Positions 27,291-40,396 of a stretch of DNA of 64,000 nt are shown one piece after another. The DNA is from the human T2T-CHM13v2.0 reference genome, Homo sapiens: assembly GCF_009914755.1 (NCBI RefSeq), contig NC_060945.1, one strand, 5' to 3'. The notes under the pieces were generated by a model. It was not told the origin of the DNA and did no database searches. It worked only from the letters and a program-made list of their open reading frames with translations. Every line of letters begins with the position of its first letter. Within the stretch, counting starts at the first letter, position 1. The translations under genes were made by a program, and so were the position numbers.

Positions 27291-28037
27291 TCCCCTAGCA
27301 TTTAGATACTAAACTGTTGGAAAAATGAGTAAAAGATAAATATAAGTAGCATTTTGAGTATTTTCTTCCCATACACCCATGGGATTGTTTCGTGTATCTT
27401 ACTACTTCACATAGGAGACCATTCCTCCATCCAACTATGCAAACTAAGTCTTTAAAATTTGATTTTTGCCCTACAATAAGCTCTATACTAAAGCTCATTA
27501 CATGTGATTTTGACAGTTTCTGTTTTTATACCACAGTTGCAAAAAATTAATCATATTCTTTACTACATGAGACATTATTATTATTGTTTCCTAAAAGTTT
27601 CTTTCTGGTTTTACTTATTCAATTTTTTTATTCTTTATCCCTTGTCACAGACAGGCATGCTAATGTGTTTGATATAAGTTCTTTACTCTTAAAGAATTCT
27701 TACAAGATAAGAAGGTTGTTTTCTGAGTGTGTGTATGTGTATATACAAAAGTGTATACATTTTTCTTAAAGAGTATCGTGCCATAAATCTGATTTTATTT
27801 CTATTTTTGTCACAGAGCATCACATCCTTCATATATTCCCACACTGCTGTAGGTTATTTTTGGTTGTTTATTCCCCTGCAGCTGCTGCATAGTTTTGGAC
27901 AAAATGAATCAACCGCATTTTCCCTATCCAGTCTTGCAGTAGAATTCACACTGATATCCTGCTACTGAAATATTCACTTCCTTGTGGTATTCTTATGAAA
28001 ACACTTTTTGGTCATGTGTCACAATTTGGCAGGGTCT

Positions 28038-28448
28038 ACGTTAGTCTGTTACTATTGCTATGAAGACACACGCGATGCTGGGTAATTTATTCATTTATTT
28101 TTTAAAAAAAGAGGTTTATCTTGGTTCAGGGTTCTGCAGGCTGCACAGGAAGCAATGGCGTCTGCTCTGGGTGAGGCCTCAAGAAGCTTACAATCATGGC
28201 AGAAGGTGAAGGGAAGCCAGTGTGTCACATGGTCAGAGAGGGAGTAAGAGAGAGAAGGGGGCAGTCCCAGGCTGTTTTTAACAATCAGATCTCTCATGAC
28301 CTCACTGATAAGAACTCACTCACAAGGGGATAGTGCTAAACCAAGCTTGTCTAACCTGCAGTTTGCAGGCTGAATGCAGGTCAAACAGCTTTGAATGTGG
28401 CCCAAAACAAATTTGTCAACTTTGTTAAAACATAAGAGATTTTGTGTG

Positions 28449-28499
<51 letters not shown>

Positions 28500-28713
28500 A
28501 GCTCAGCAGCTATTTTTAGTGTATTTTATGTGTGGCCCAAGAAAATTATTCTTCCGTTGTGGTCCAGGGAAGCCAAAAGTTGGACATTCCTGTGCTAAAC
28601 TATTCATAAGGGATCCACCCCATGATCCAATACCTCTCACTGGGCCCCACCTCCAACATGGGGGATCACATTTCAGCATGAGATTTGGAGGGGACACACA
28701 TACAAACTATATC
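28038..28713. mobile_element. MSTB-type MaLR solo LTR interrupted by MER30
   Basis: MST LTR motifs (aagaggtttat...aagcttacaatcatggcagaaggtgaagg; gatccaatacctc...gagatttggaggggaca...aactatatca). Confidence 0.85.
28342..28592. mobile_element. MER30 (hAT-Charlie) with internal (TG)n
   Basis: CAAGCTTGTCTAAC...TTGGACATTCCTG termini and perfect 8-bp TSD TGCTAAAC (28334-28341, 28593-28600). Confidence 0.85.
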
Positions 28714-29349
28714 AGGTATATGTGCCCGTCATTGAGACAGGTTGTAGAGTATGCATACTTTCAGATGGGTCCTGTCATGTTATTTTCTGAAATGTTTAAA
28801 ACCATTGAATTTCCCATCCATTGCCCATAAAGGTTGTTTTCCTCATATCCTCATCACACAATGTTACGTAGGATTCTTATATTTTCTAAGCGAGTGGTGA
28901 AAATACAGATCTCATTTTATTGTGCACATTTGCATCTGTCATATTGTTAATAATGTATTGGAATTTTTCGGCCCATCTTTCTATTGAGTTGACTATCTTC
29001 TTTGTTCATTTGAAAATCAATCATATTCACTGTGCCCTAAGCACTGTCAACATTTTCTACTACTCTGTCACATGTCTGATAACCTTGCATGCCAGCCTTT
29101 ATTGAAATGAATCTTTATGATTTTTATACTCCTTCCAGAGTTTATGTATTTAAGTAAATTTTTTGGTTTAGTAAATCCTTTATTAAATTGTAACAACAGG
29201 CCCAAATCTCTGTTTTGTTGGGTTCATTCAGATTTAGAGTTCAGAAAACTTTTTGGTGGATAAATTCTTTTTATCATAATAAAGAAGGGCTATGATAATG
29301 CAATATGATTATTTCTGCTAATGCTTGTTGTTTTATAGCCTACTTTGTT

Positions 29350-29770
29350 TATGTGGTCAGGAGGACAAGACCTGAATGGCCTTGGCCAACTCAGCTTTCT
29401 GTACCTCCTGGTTCTCAGAATAATTTTAGAATGTTCCGAGAAGACAATATCCTGAGATAAGGAGAAACTGTCTGGGACAGTCTGGGCTCTGCCCTTGTTG
29501 TTCCTAGAACAGGATATTCCTGCAACTCTTAAACTCAGAGAGCCAAGTAGCACATGGGGAGTGAAACCTAGGGCAGAGCACTCAGGGGTTCCTCAGCTGC
29601 AGTACACAGTGGAGCATGTGCAGAGGAGACTCCATCAACCCTGGGCAACTTTTCTGACCTCAAGGGTCAGGCTTGCCATAGAACTTAGGCTTTTGCTGAT
29701 TCTTCCTGCTCCTCTGTGAGTGATAAATTTGGTTTATCTGACTTACTGTGTGAGCATTCTTCTGTTTCTG
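29350..29770 (+). mobile_element. ERVL-class LTR remnant (MER54/MER73-like)
   Basis: Motifs tcctgagataaggag and ggggttcctcagctg; family assignment tentative. Confidence 0.4.
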
Positions 29771-30519
29771 GCAGCTTGGTTTATATAAAAAAACCTCTTG
29801 CTAGACCTATGAATCTATGCAATGTGGAAGTGTCATAGAGGTAAATAGGAAGCAACTTAACTGAGTTGAAAACTAACATACACAACATGGGGCCACTGCA
29901 CCAAGGGGCAAAATGAGCTGGCCAAAAAGGCCACATGTGACAATGCCAGCCACACTGTGGAAGAAGAAGGATGCTGAAACTCAGAGAGATCTGAAGATCT
30001 TATCCAAGCCAACAGGAGGCAGGGAATTCCACTGTACTCTGATTCAAGAGTACAAGCTTCATCTCAGAGAAAAGCAATGCAATGGCCTCAGCGATCAGAC
30101 CAGAGAGACCCTCTGCCACAGAGAAAGCAGAGATCCAGAGAACAGCATGAAGACAATAGGAGACTTGAGACTCACTTTCACTTTGCCTTGAGGCCACAGA
30201 AAGCCCAAAGCATCTGAATATCTTCTTGGAGGCATTTTCCTAAAATAGAGCTATTGAAACTTGAAGAAAAATGTGAATCAAGAAGCTAAATTTAAAGATA
30301 TGTTATTTTCTCCTGCCCTTCCCCACAAATTAACCACAGGATGAGTCTAGTGAGATAAAGCATATCATTTATACAAAATACAGAAGTTACATATCCTTTA
30401 TGTGAGCAGAAATATGTTCAAATTTTACTCAATAAATGTATTTTGTTTTACTACTAGAAATAGTAATTTTCACTTGGTGATTACTTTATTTTATAATTAT
30501 TTCTATTTAAATTTGTATT

Positions 30520-31027
30520 AGCCCACTCCTGGGTATCTACCTAGAGGAAAATAAGTCATATGAAAAGACATTTGTACACACATTTATAGCAGCACAATTT
30601 GCAGTTGCTAAAATGTGGAACCAGGTTAAATGTCTATCAGCCAATGAGTGGACAAAGAAAATGTGTTATAGATACACCATGGAACTGCTCAGCCCTAAAA
30701 AGGAATGAAATAATGCCATTTGCAGCAATCTGGATGGAGTTAGAGATGATTATTCTAAGTGAAGTAACTCAGGAATAAAAAAACAAATATTGTATGTTCT
30801 CACTTATAAGTGGGAGCTAAGCTATGAGGGTGTAAAGACAGAAGAATGATATAAGGGACTCTGGGCACTCGGAGGGAAGGTTGGGGGGTTGAGGGATGAA
30901 AGACTACACATTGGGTACAGTGTACACGACTCGAGTAGTGCATACACCAAAATCTCAGAAAATCACCACCAAATAACTTTTCCATGTAACCAGAAACCAC
31001 TTGTTTCCCAAAAACTATTGAAATAAA
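30520..31027 (+). mobile_element. L1PB-type LINE-1 3' fragment
   Basis: ORF2 tail plus 3'UTR (gttctcacttataagtgggagctaagc...caccaaaatctcagaaaatcacc...ctattgaaataaa). Confidence 0.8.
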
Positions 31028-31029
31028 GT

Positions 31030-32250
<1,221 letters not shown>

Positions 32251-32764
32251 ACAGTTACTGCAATTATCATTGTCTTATATCTCAATTAGAACCCAAATTC
32301 ATAATTTTATAGTTTTTCTTTTCTTAAAAAAATGGTATAAAATGACAGATAGCTGTCTTAGCCCCCTTTCTGCTCTGCCACCTTAATGTTGCTATGTAGT
32401 AGCTTTGTTACAATTCACTTACATACCCATGGTTTTATTTTCAATGTGAAGCCCTCTTTGAGTTCCATTCAATTTAGATTTAGAATTTGTATGCTCCAGG
32501 ATACCCTTTTTTTTTGTCAGTTTGTTTTAATTGGTCACAATTTGCCTGCATTATGGTCACATTATGTGGCTTTAATGGTACTGATTTGGGGTGCCTATTA
32601 TGACTTTCATTATGGTCTAATATGGCCATTTCTGTCCATTTCCCTGCTATATCCATTATTCTCATCTTCTTCACTAAGGGAGCATAGATTTATCTTTTAC
32701 AAGGAGCACAGTTTATATGTCTTTATTTATTTATCCTTATTTTATTATTTAATTTATAATTTGT

Positions 32765-33049
32765 TTTTGAAAAATGGTCTGTCTCCCAGGCTGGAGTGCA
32801 GTGGCATGAACATAGCTCACTGCAGCCTCCTGGGTTCCTGTGACCTCCCAGCTCAGACTCCTGAGTAGGTAGCACTTCAGGCATAACAGGTGTGCACCAC
32901 CACAGTCAGATTTTGTTTTGTTTTGTTTTTGTAGAGACTGGGTTTCATTATGCTGCCTGGACTGGTTTCAAGTTCCTGTGCTCAGGTGATTCTCCCACCT
33001 TGGCCTCCAAAATTGCCAGAATTACAGGCATGAGCCACCATGCCTGGCC
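32765..33049 (-). mobile_element. AluJ
   Basis: Diverged antisense Alu dimer. Confidence 0.8.
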
Positions 33050-34089
33050 CTGATTAATGTCTTTAAATGAGTTTCCCAGTTTTTCTCATAACTGCAGTGA
33101 GCAGAGCTTATAGTCTTGGCCAATGTGAAATGCAGAATTCACTGGTTTGGATTTCTGAAAATCTGTTTGGAAAGGGAAGAGTTATTGTTCCTTTTTTCCC
33201 TTAATCATATTCCCTTTGCTCTCTCTGCTTGCTGCTCTCTGGAAATAGGATGAAATGCCCTGAGTCCAGTTTAGCACCTTGAAGACCATTGGAATGATGC
33301 TCCCAACAACACAATCTTCAATATACAAGATTTCTCACTCCCCAATGGCATGTTGGGTATCCATGGCTGCCCTGGACTATTTCTGGACTTGTTTCATAAA
33401 ACTAACCCCTAGTAGAACTAAGAAACAATTTTAGGAGAGATACTTATAATAAATTAAATGATAAACCTAAAAATGAATAAAACATATTATAAAAATAAGG
33501 AGAATAGACAAAATGGGCTTGCAGATGCTGACTGGCCACACATCCTTGGTGCTCACCCCCATGGATGCCTCACCAACTGTGACACTTGGAGAGCTGGCAG
33601 CCATCACTCAAGAAATCAGAACACAGTGGCCTCTACCACAGCATCAGGGAACAAAAACTAAGCCTGTCAGCTCTCAAGAAACATACTTATGTGTATGTAT
33701 ATATATATGACATAAATTCATTCAGTTACTTTGAGATATCTCATTGCTAAACAGATAAAATGAATTAAAACTAGTGCAAATTTCTGGCAACAGTACTTCA
33801 TCTCCCCATTATTTATCCAGGGCATTGAAAATTGGCACACATCACAGATCCTTAAGTCATTCTCTGAATCAGGAGGAGAAAAGAGGAGAACAGAGAGAGC
33901 TTACCATATGTGCCAGTCACTGGGCTGAGTGCTGTGCCTAAAGGATCCCACTTGATGCTTGAAATAACCCTGCAAGATCAAACTAAAAACTCATACACAC
34001 TCACACACACACACTCACACATACACACACATGCTCAAGCACACACTAGAAACTACAGAAGAAAACATTGACAACTAATAGAAGTATAG

Positions 34090-34190
34090 TGCTGGCTAAG
34101 CACAGTGGCTCATGCCTGTAATCTCAGCACTTTAGGCCAGGAGTTCAAGACAAGCCTGGGCAACATAGCAAGACACCATCTCTACAAAAC
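34090..34190 (+). mobile_element. FLAM/Alu monomer fragment
   Basis: cacagtggctcatgcctgtaatc...gagttcaagacaagcctgggcaacatagcaagac. Confidence 0.75.
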
Positions 34191-34429
34191 ATTTTCTTAG
34201 ATAAAAATCATTTTTAAAAAGTGGTATAATGTCTAAGGGCTCAGGGAAACAGTACCCCTATGGCTGTATGGTAAGCAGCAGGCAAGGCTACTTGTCAGAC
34301 CAAGGTGGTAGTGATTCCAGGGTTCCTTTGCACACTTATCCAGGAGCCTGGCTAGCTCAGCACTGCCTGGGTTTACTTTATACCTTCTACAGCTCTAAAG
34401 CTCTGGCAGGTGGGACCTAACCATAAGAG

Positions 34430-34860
34430 AAATTGCTATTACGCAGGACTCTCTTAACTGCAAGTGACTGAAACCTACTCGATCCAGGAGAACATTGAAT
34501 TACTTGACTCTAATTACTAAAAATATCCTTAAGTAGATGGGCTTCTGGCTCAGTGAGATCAGGGGTCAAATAATATCAACCAAGACTCATTCTGTCCCTT
34601 CATTTCCTGTGTCAGCTCTGCTTTTCATGCAAGCTATTTTGAGAGAACAGCAAAAATGGCCCCATAAATTCCATATAATTTACTTCCTTGCAAGTAACTG
34701 TGCCAATAAAAAGAAAGCACCTCATTCCCAGCAGTTTCATCAAAAGTGCAGGGATGACTTCCATCAGCCCAGCTTGGTTCACATGCCTGTCCCTGAATTA
34801 ATTACCCTGCTGATTGCCCAGGGTGGCCAGCCTCACCCCAATCACATGGACTAGTATTGA
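34430..34860. mobile_element. Old MLT1-family MaLR LTR
   Basis: ggactctcttaactgcaagtgactgaaacctactc start and cagcttggttcacatgcc motif. Confidence 0.5.
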
Positions 34861-35386
34861 AAGAGTGGTCCTCACATGAAAAAAAAATGGAAGAATAGTG
34901 GCAGAGAAATATGGGAGGGAGGGCCTCATCTCTATATAAAAAGTATGAGCATATTTGTGTTCTTTTGTAAACTTATTGATATAGTCACTGGGGAAAAAAA
35001 TTGAGAAAAACCCACACACGACTTTCTACATGCCTCTGTGCTTTGTATTCAACACTGAGCTGTGACAACTGTAATTATTAAAACAAAACTTTGAAAGGAA
35101 GTAACAATTTAGGACAATGGGGACCCTTAGCTGATGCGACAGTGAGCAGTTCTTCTTTTGTGTGCATGAAGATGCAATTCCCAGGAGCCCGCCTGGGGTC
35201 TTCTAGAACAAGCATGTGGGCACCTACTGGCTGCAGTTCCACTTTTCCTTCCCTGGACTCTCGGGAGAAACAAGTTCTGGATTCAGCTGAACTGAGTTTA
35301 AGTTCAGGCTCTGTGACTCACTGGGTAAATCTCTTGCTCTCCTTGAGTCCCATATCCTCATTGGTAAAATGGAGAGGTAGAGTTAT

Positions 35387-35775
35387 TGTTAGGTTTGGAA
35401 GGCAAGGCGAGGGTTAAAGAAAGACAGAGAGACAGTTGGTGGCTTCAACAGCAACATCTTTATTGCCAGCAAAACCCTGGGGAGGAGGAAACCAGCTTAG
35501 TGCCAGCACCAACTGCCACTCACAGGCTGGGGTAATCATGGGACTGGGAGGGAGGGATCTGGGTGGTAGAGCTTGCTGCCCAGCAGGATATGGCAAGGAT
35601 GTCCCTGCAGTCAGGCTGTTGGGCCTTTGCCCAGGAGGACGCGATAAGGATGTTTCTGCAGTCACGTGGTTAGGAAGGATGTTTCTCATGGCCCAAGTTC
35701 CCATGGAACGTTTCACTGTGATCAGAGTCTGCAAAATGGCTGGAGGTTTACAAAATGGTACAGGTTAGACTAACA
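35387..35775 (-). mobile_element. LTR18-like (ERVL) solo LTR inserted next to a MIR
   Basis: Reverse complement starts TGTTAGTCTAACCTGTACCATTTTGTAAACC, contains AATAAA and ends TAACA. Confidence 0.65.
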
Positions 35776-38009
35776 GTAACATCTCCCAGGTAAGTGGTTC
35801 TACAAAGTAAACTTCCCTTGAGCATCTACACTGTACCAGACATGGTGCTAGGACCCAGGCCACAGGAGGAACAGGACAGATGAGGCCCCTGCCATCCTGG
35901 TGCTCACGTCTGATGAAGAAAGCTAACAGGTCATAAGACCAGGTCAGATGGTGGTGGTAATCAAAGACATTACCAGAGTGAGATGAGCTAGAAAGAAACT
36001 GAAGGAGCTCTTACAAACACAGTGACAGGTGGAGACCCCTCCAAAAGGTGACTTTTGAGCAGAAACCTGAGAAATGTGGAGGGGACTATGGAGAATGACA
36101 AGCCCCTGAAGCAACCCCAGGATTGGGAGGGCAAACCCGGCACCAGGAGGGCAATGGAATGGCCTGACCTGTGCGTCCTTCATGCTTCCTTTCTCAGTGA
36201 TGCACAAACAGAAACATGGGGCAATTTCGTGCAGGGTCCATGGATGAAACAAGAAGCAGCCGCACTGCAGAGCTGGAGTGGGGATAAAATCTGACCCAAC
36301 AGTAAAGCTAGAAGCAGGTGCTGCTTACCACTGACCACAGTGCAGGTCATGAAGCATAACCAGACCATGAAGGCACGTCCAGGGCCAGACCAGCTGGCCG
36401 GGCTGCCAACATCTTAGTAGAGATCCCAGGAGATCAGTTGAGCTGGTTAGGGGGAGAAAAAAAAAAACAGGAAAGCTTCAGAAAATTCCAGAGGACCCAT
36501 GACACTTAACATCAACTTCCCCCAAGTGGGATCTGTTTGTCATTGCTGGTTCTAAAGAGTTGGTTCCACCACCCCCACCTGCCCGTTGCCTAACCAGGGG
36601 AAAACTCAGGGTGGGGTCCACAGAAACAATCCCTCTGGAAGGGGAAAGGGTGTTTCTCATCCAAAACCAAGGGAAAACACCACTCATAAGGAGCAGAGGG
36701 GCCTGAAGGGAGAGACAGGATTCTGCTGCTCATTTGGATATCTGCTTCCCAGCAGGAAAGGGGACCACGCAGGATACAGTGTCTAAGTGGACCCTGTGCT
36801 GTGGGACTAGGGGGGCTGGTGCTGACTCACTGTTGGAGGTGAGCCACTATAGGAGGCTTAGAACCCCTCCCTGCAGCCTCTCCAGTCTAATAAGGGGATG
36901 GTAGTGTGGTCAGTGGGGGCATCCAGATGCAGTCAAAGGGCACAGTGAGTGATGTCTCCTCTGGCCTCCTCTTTCAGCTGCAGATTCTCCGAGTTACTGG
37001 AACAGCTTCTCCATGGCCCCACCAGCCTGGAGGGTGGTGACAGCTCCCAGATGACGCTAACCCCAGGGCCCTGCGCCATCACCCCTGGTTCCCCTTGGCC
37101 CTGCCCACACCTATGTAAACAGCTTTTTCTTAATGACCCTTCAGCCGCTTCGAGGTCCCTGCCAGTACCTGACTGCCACATTCCCCAAAGGGAACAGGCT
37201 CCTCAGCCCAGGAGCTGAGGTTTCTACAGGCACAGAGAAAACACTGTCCCAACTGTTGGAATGGAGTCGGGAGTGGAAAAAAGAACGTTTTTTCTCAATG
37301 CTTAGACTCACCAATTGTTTCATTTTATCACATGAAGGCTGTGTGGCATTTTGAAGTAGAATTAATAATCTACATAATTACAAATTATATTCTTAAAAGA
37401 AGGTGCTCAGTGCCATGCCTGACACATGGTGGAACTCCACGATGAGATGTGTGAGAAGCCAGGGTGCCATGGTTACAGACAAGGACTGCAGGTACAGACT
37501 GCTTGCTTCAAACCTGGACCAGCGGTGTGAATTTTGGCAACTCTCTGTATTGCTCTTTGCCACTGTTTTTTAATCTAACAACTAGAAGTAAAAACAAGGT
37601 TATTGTAAAAATTAAATGAATTAAAGTAAGCAGAGTGCCTACAACACCCCCAGGCACACAGTCAGCACTGAGCATGTTTTTCATTATACTCTTAAAGAGG
37701 TAAGAGTGAGAACACAGGTGCCAGCCATGAGCCTGGGTTTCTCTGGAGAGGCATCAGAGACTCTACTTTTAACATCCTCCATTCATTCATTTGACCCTGG
37801 TAAGGGAGGAGTCTCATGGGATACAAACAAGCATCCACCTTGGGGCCAGACTTCCCATGGTCAAAGTTGAACTCCACCACTGTTCAGCTGGGTGACTTTG
37901 GGCAAGTGACTTCCCCTCTCTGATCCTCATATTCCCTTTTGATAAAAACAGCACAATGGCAGGCCTATGGGGATTGAAGGAGCTGACAGAAAAATGTGTG
38001 CCTTAGTAT

Positions 38010-38400
38010 AATTTTCCTGGAAGTAGATCCTGAGGCAAATATTCAAATACAAAAATTCTATTTGGAGATAACTCTAGGATAGTAATTCGACTGCCAGTTC
38101 TTCCTTAGGGTGCGTATCCCAGGAAACACCAGTAGAGGAGTGGGGAACTGAGACAGGAAAGGAATGCAGCAGTTAAAGGGACCTTCATCAAGAAAGTTTC
38201 CCCTGTGGCAGCCAGGACTCAGCCCTGCCAGGTACATCTGCAGAGACAGCACAGAACATGTGCCTCAGAGTCACCCACCCAAAGCAAGGGAGCTGGGGTA
38301 TTTATCCACCAATACCCACCAGTCACTCCTCAGGGATCCTTCCAAGGGCATGATTCCTCCAGAATGTCCTGCCTGATCTGCAAGTGTCAGACCAGGGGTT
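38010..38400. mobile_element. Old MLT1-family MaLR LTR
   Basis: ggaagtagatcctgaggcaa...atcccaggaaacaccagtagaggagtgggga...ggagctggggtatttat. Confidence 0.55.
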
Positions 38401-39065
38401 GAGGACAGGGACCCTGACAGTACCTCCAGCAATGAGCAGGAACACAGCCTGGTGTGGAGAGTTTCAGTCAGTGATTCCAACTCATACACTTACCCACACA
38501 CCACACTCCAGCCCCAACAATGTGTATATGTACACACACATACATGCATACATGACTGTTACCCACTTTGATCCTGGTGACTCCATGGGATATACAGTAA
38601 GGCAGAAATCAGAGGGAAGAGCAGAATTAAGGGGAGTGAAAATCTTAAGAAGAAAATGCAAATTTAGGCAGAAAATCAAGGGGGAAGAGGAGTGTTCTGG
38701 ACACCAAATGCTGGCTGGGTGGCACCTACTCTACACACACTGTCACTAATTATCCAAGAAGCCTTGTGGGGTAGAAGAAATTCCTCTTAATTTACAGATG
38801 ACAGAAATGTAGTCCAGAAAACTGACTTTACTAATGTCTCAGCAAGCTAGTGGGTGATAGATATGGACTCCCAGATCTTTCTGTCCACAGAGCCTATAAA
38901 TTCTTCCTTGTTAGGCAGGCTGCATACCAGGCCCTGCTTCTGGGCTCTGCTCCTTTTCCTGCTAGGCAATCGTGGCAGAATTGACAGAAATGTTATCCCC
39001 CTTCACCACCTGGAGCAGAGCCAATGAGAGGAGCTGGGGAACAGGCCATGAGGCCCTGCACCCAC

Positions 39066-40024
39066 CATTCAATGTCTTCAGGATTGTGGTCCCTCAGAAC
39101 TCTTGCACCACATGATGGCATCACTCCTGGGTGTCTTCTGAGGTTGCATAGGATTCAGTAGAGGCCAGTGGCTGTGCTGTCATATCCTAAGAGGCAGCCA
39201 CGCAGGCTTGCGTCTCTTGGCTGCTTCAGCACCAGAGGTTGGACAGCGCCCATGCACTGAGGCCCTCGGGAGAATGGGAGGAGGGAAAGGAAGGGCAGAA
39301 TGGAGTGATGTAGTGTCCATCCACCATGTCCCTGGATGGAGAGACCCACACCGGGACCACCGCTGGTACTCATGAAGATGCCAGCCTCCATTTATATGTC
39401 CTCATCTGACAACTCCTTCCCATTTTCATCCTGGAGACAAGACCTCTGAACACATTAGCTCTGAGGGCACCTGAGTGTAACCTGAGACAGTCCCTGAAGA
39501 CTTTTCATCCAAGCAGGATCCCTCCCTTGCCATCTCCAGACCTGCCCCACAAGCTCCCTCCCGGGTCTCCTGGCTCTTGTTCACTCCTTCCAGGCAGCCT
39601 TCTACAGTCATCTCTAAAATATATCTGACTGTCCCTCCTTTATCCAGCACCTTCTATGGCTCCCCAGAGCCCTCCAGCTCAAGTTCAAGTTCTTTGATCA
39701 GACATTTGATCTCAAGCTGCATTCTACCTCCCAAATTAAGATACTGGAGAAGCCACCTTGCCCAGCACAAGTGCATCACTGAAGTCCCAAGTCTTGAACG
39801 TGGCCTTGGTCTTGAGGAAGTCATGAACACCCTGGCTAGTGAGGGTGCAGGGCTGCTCCAGGATGATGGTGTCTAAAGTTGTGCACAAGGTCACAGGCCC
39901 TGCAGAAGCATCACCCCTCAGGAATGGGTAGTACAGGAAGTCCATGCACAGGCAGATCTGCTGGTGCCATTACACTATGAGGGCACTGAGCTCAAATAGG
40001 GTGGCAATATATTCACTGGGATTC
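39066..40024 (-). pseudogene. Unprocessed CYP4F pseudogene fragment: exon 7 (40024-39757), exon 8 (39430-39364), exon 9 (39186-39066)
   Basis: NPSEYIATLFELSALIV*WHQQICLCMDFLYY...TLTSQGVHDFLKTKATFKTWDFSDALVLGK / DENGKELSDEDI*MEAGIFM / GYDSTATGLY*ILCNL..HP..PEDIEW; AG acceptors intact; CYP4F29P/30P/34P/35P-type locus. Confidence 0.9.
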
Positions 40025-40396
40025 CTGCAAGGTGAGGCTGGGGAGAGGAAGCAGCTCCATAACACATATGAAACCCTGGAAACCCTTCTCAGCCAAAATC
40101 TCAGGACCACATTACACCCAGAAATGGGTGCCCTCTGAGCACAATTGTCTCTCTGTCTCCCACTCTGAGCTCCCTCATGGCCCCACATGCCCCAGCCTGG
40201 CCCAGAGCTTGAAGCCCAGTAACTGTTCAGTCCATGGTGTTGACTGCTCCCTGGGACAGGAGAGCGCTTGGTGGCTCTGGGACTCCTCCTGTGGAACCCC
40301 TGCATCTGCCTTGGGACCTCCCAATTCCCATGGGAAGCCCCCATGGCTCTGGATTGCCCCACCTGCCCTGGGATCCTCCAGCCCCATAAGACTTAC

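Noticed and set aside
33000-39065. Remaining CYP4F exons (ExxR, heme-binding FSAGPRNCIG)
   Set aside because: Not found by eye downstream of exon 9, so no functional P450 can be encoded here.
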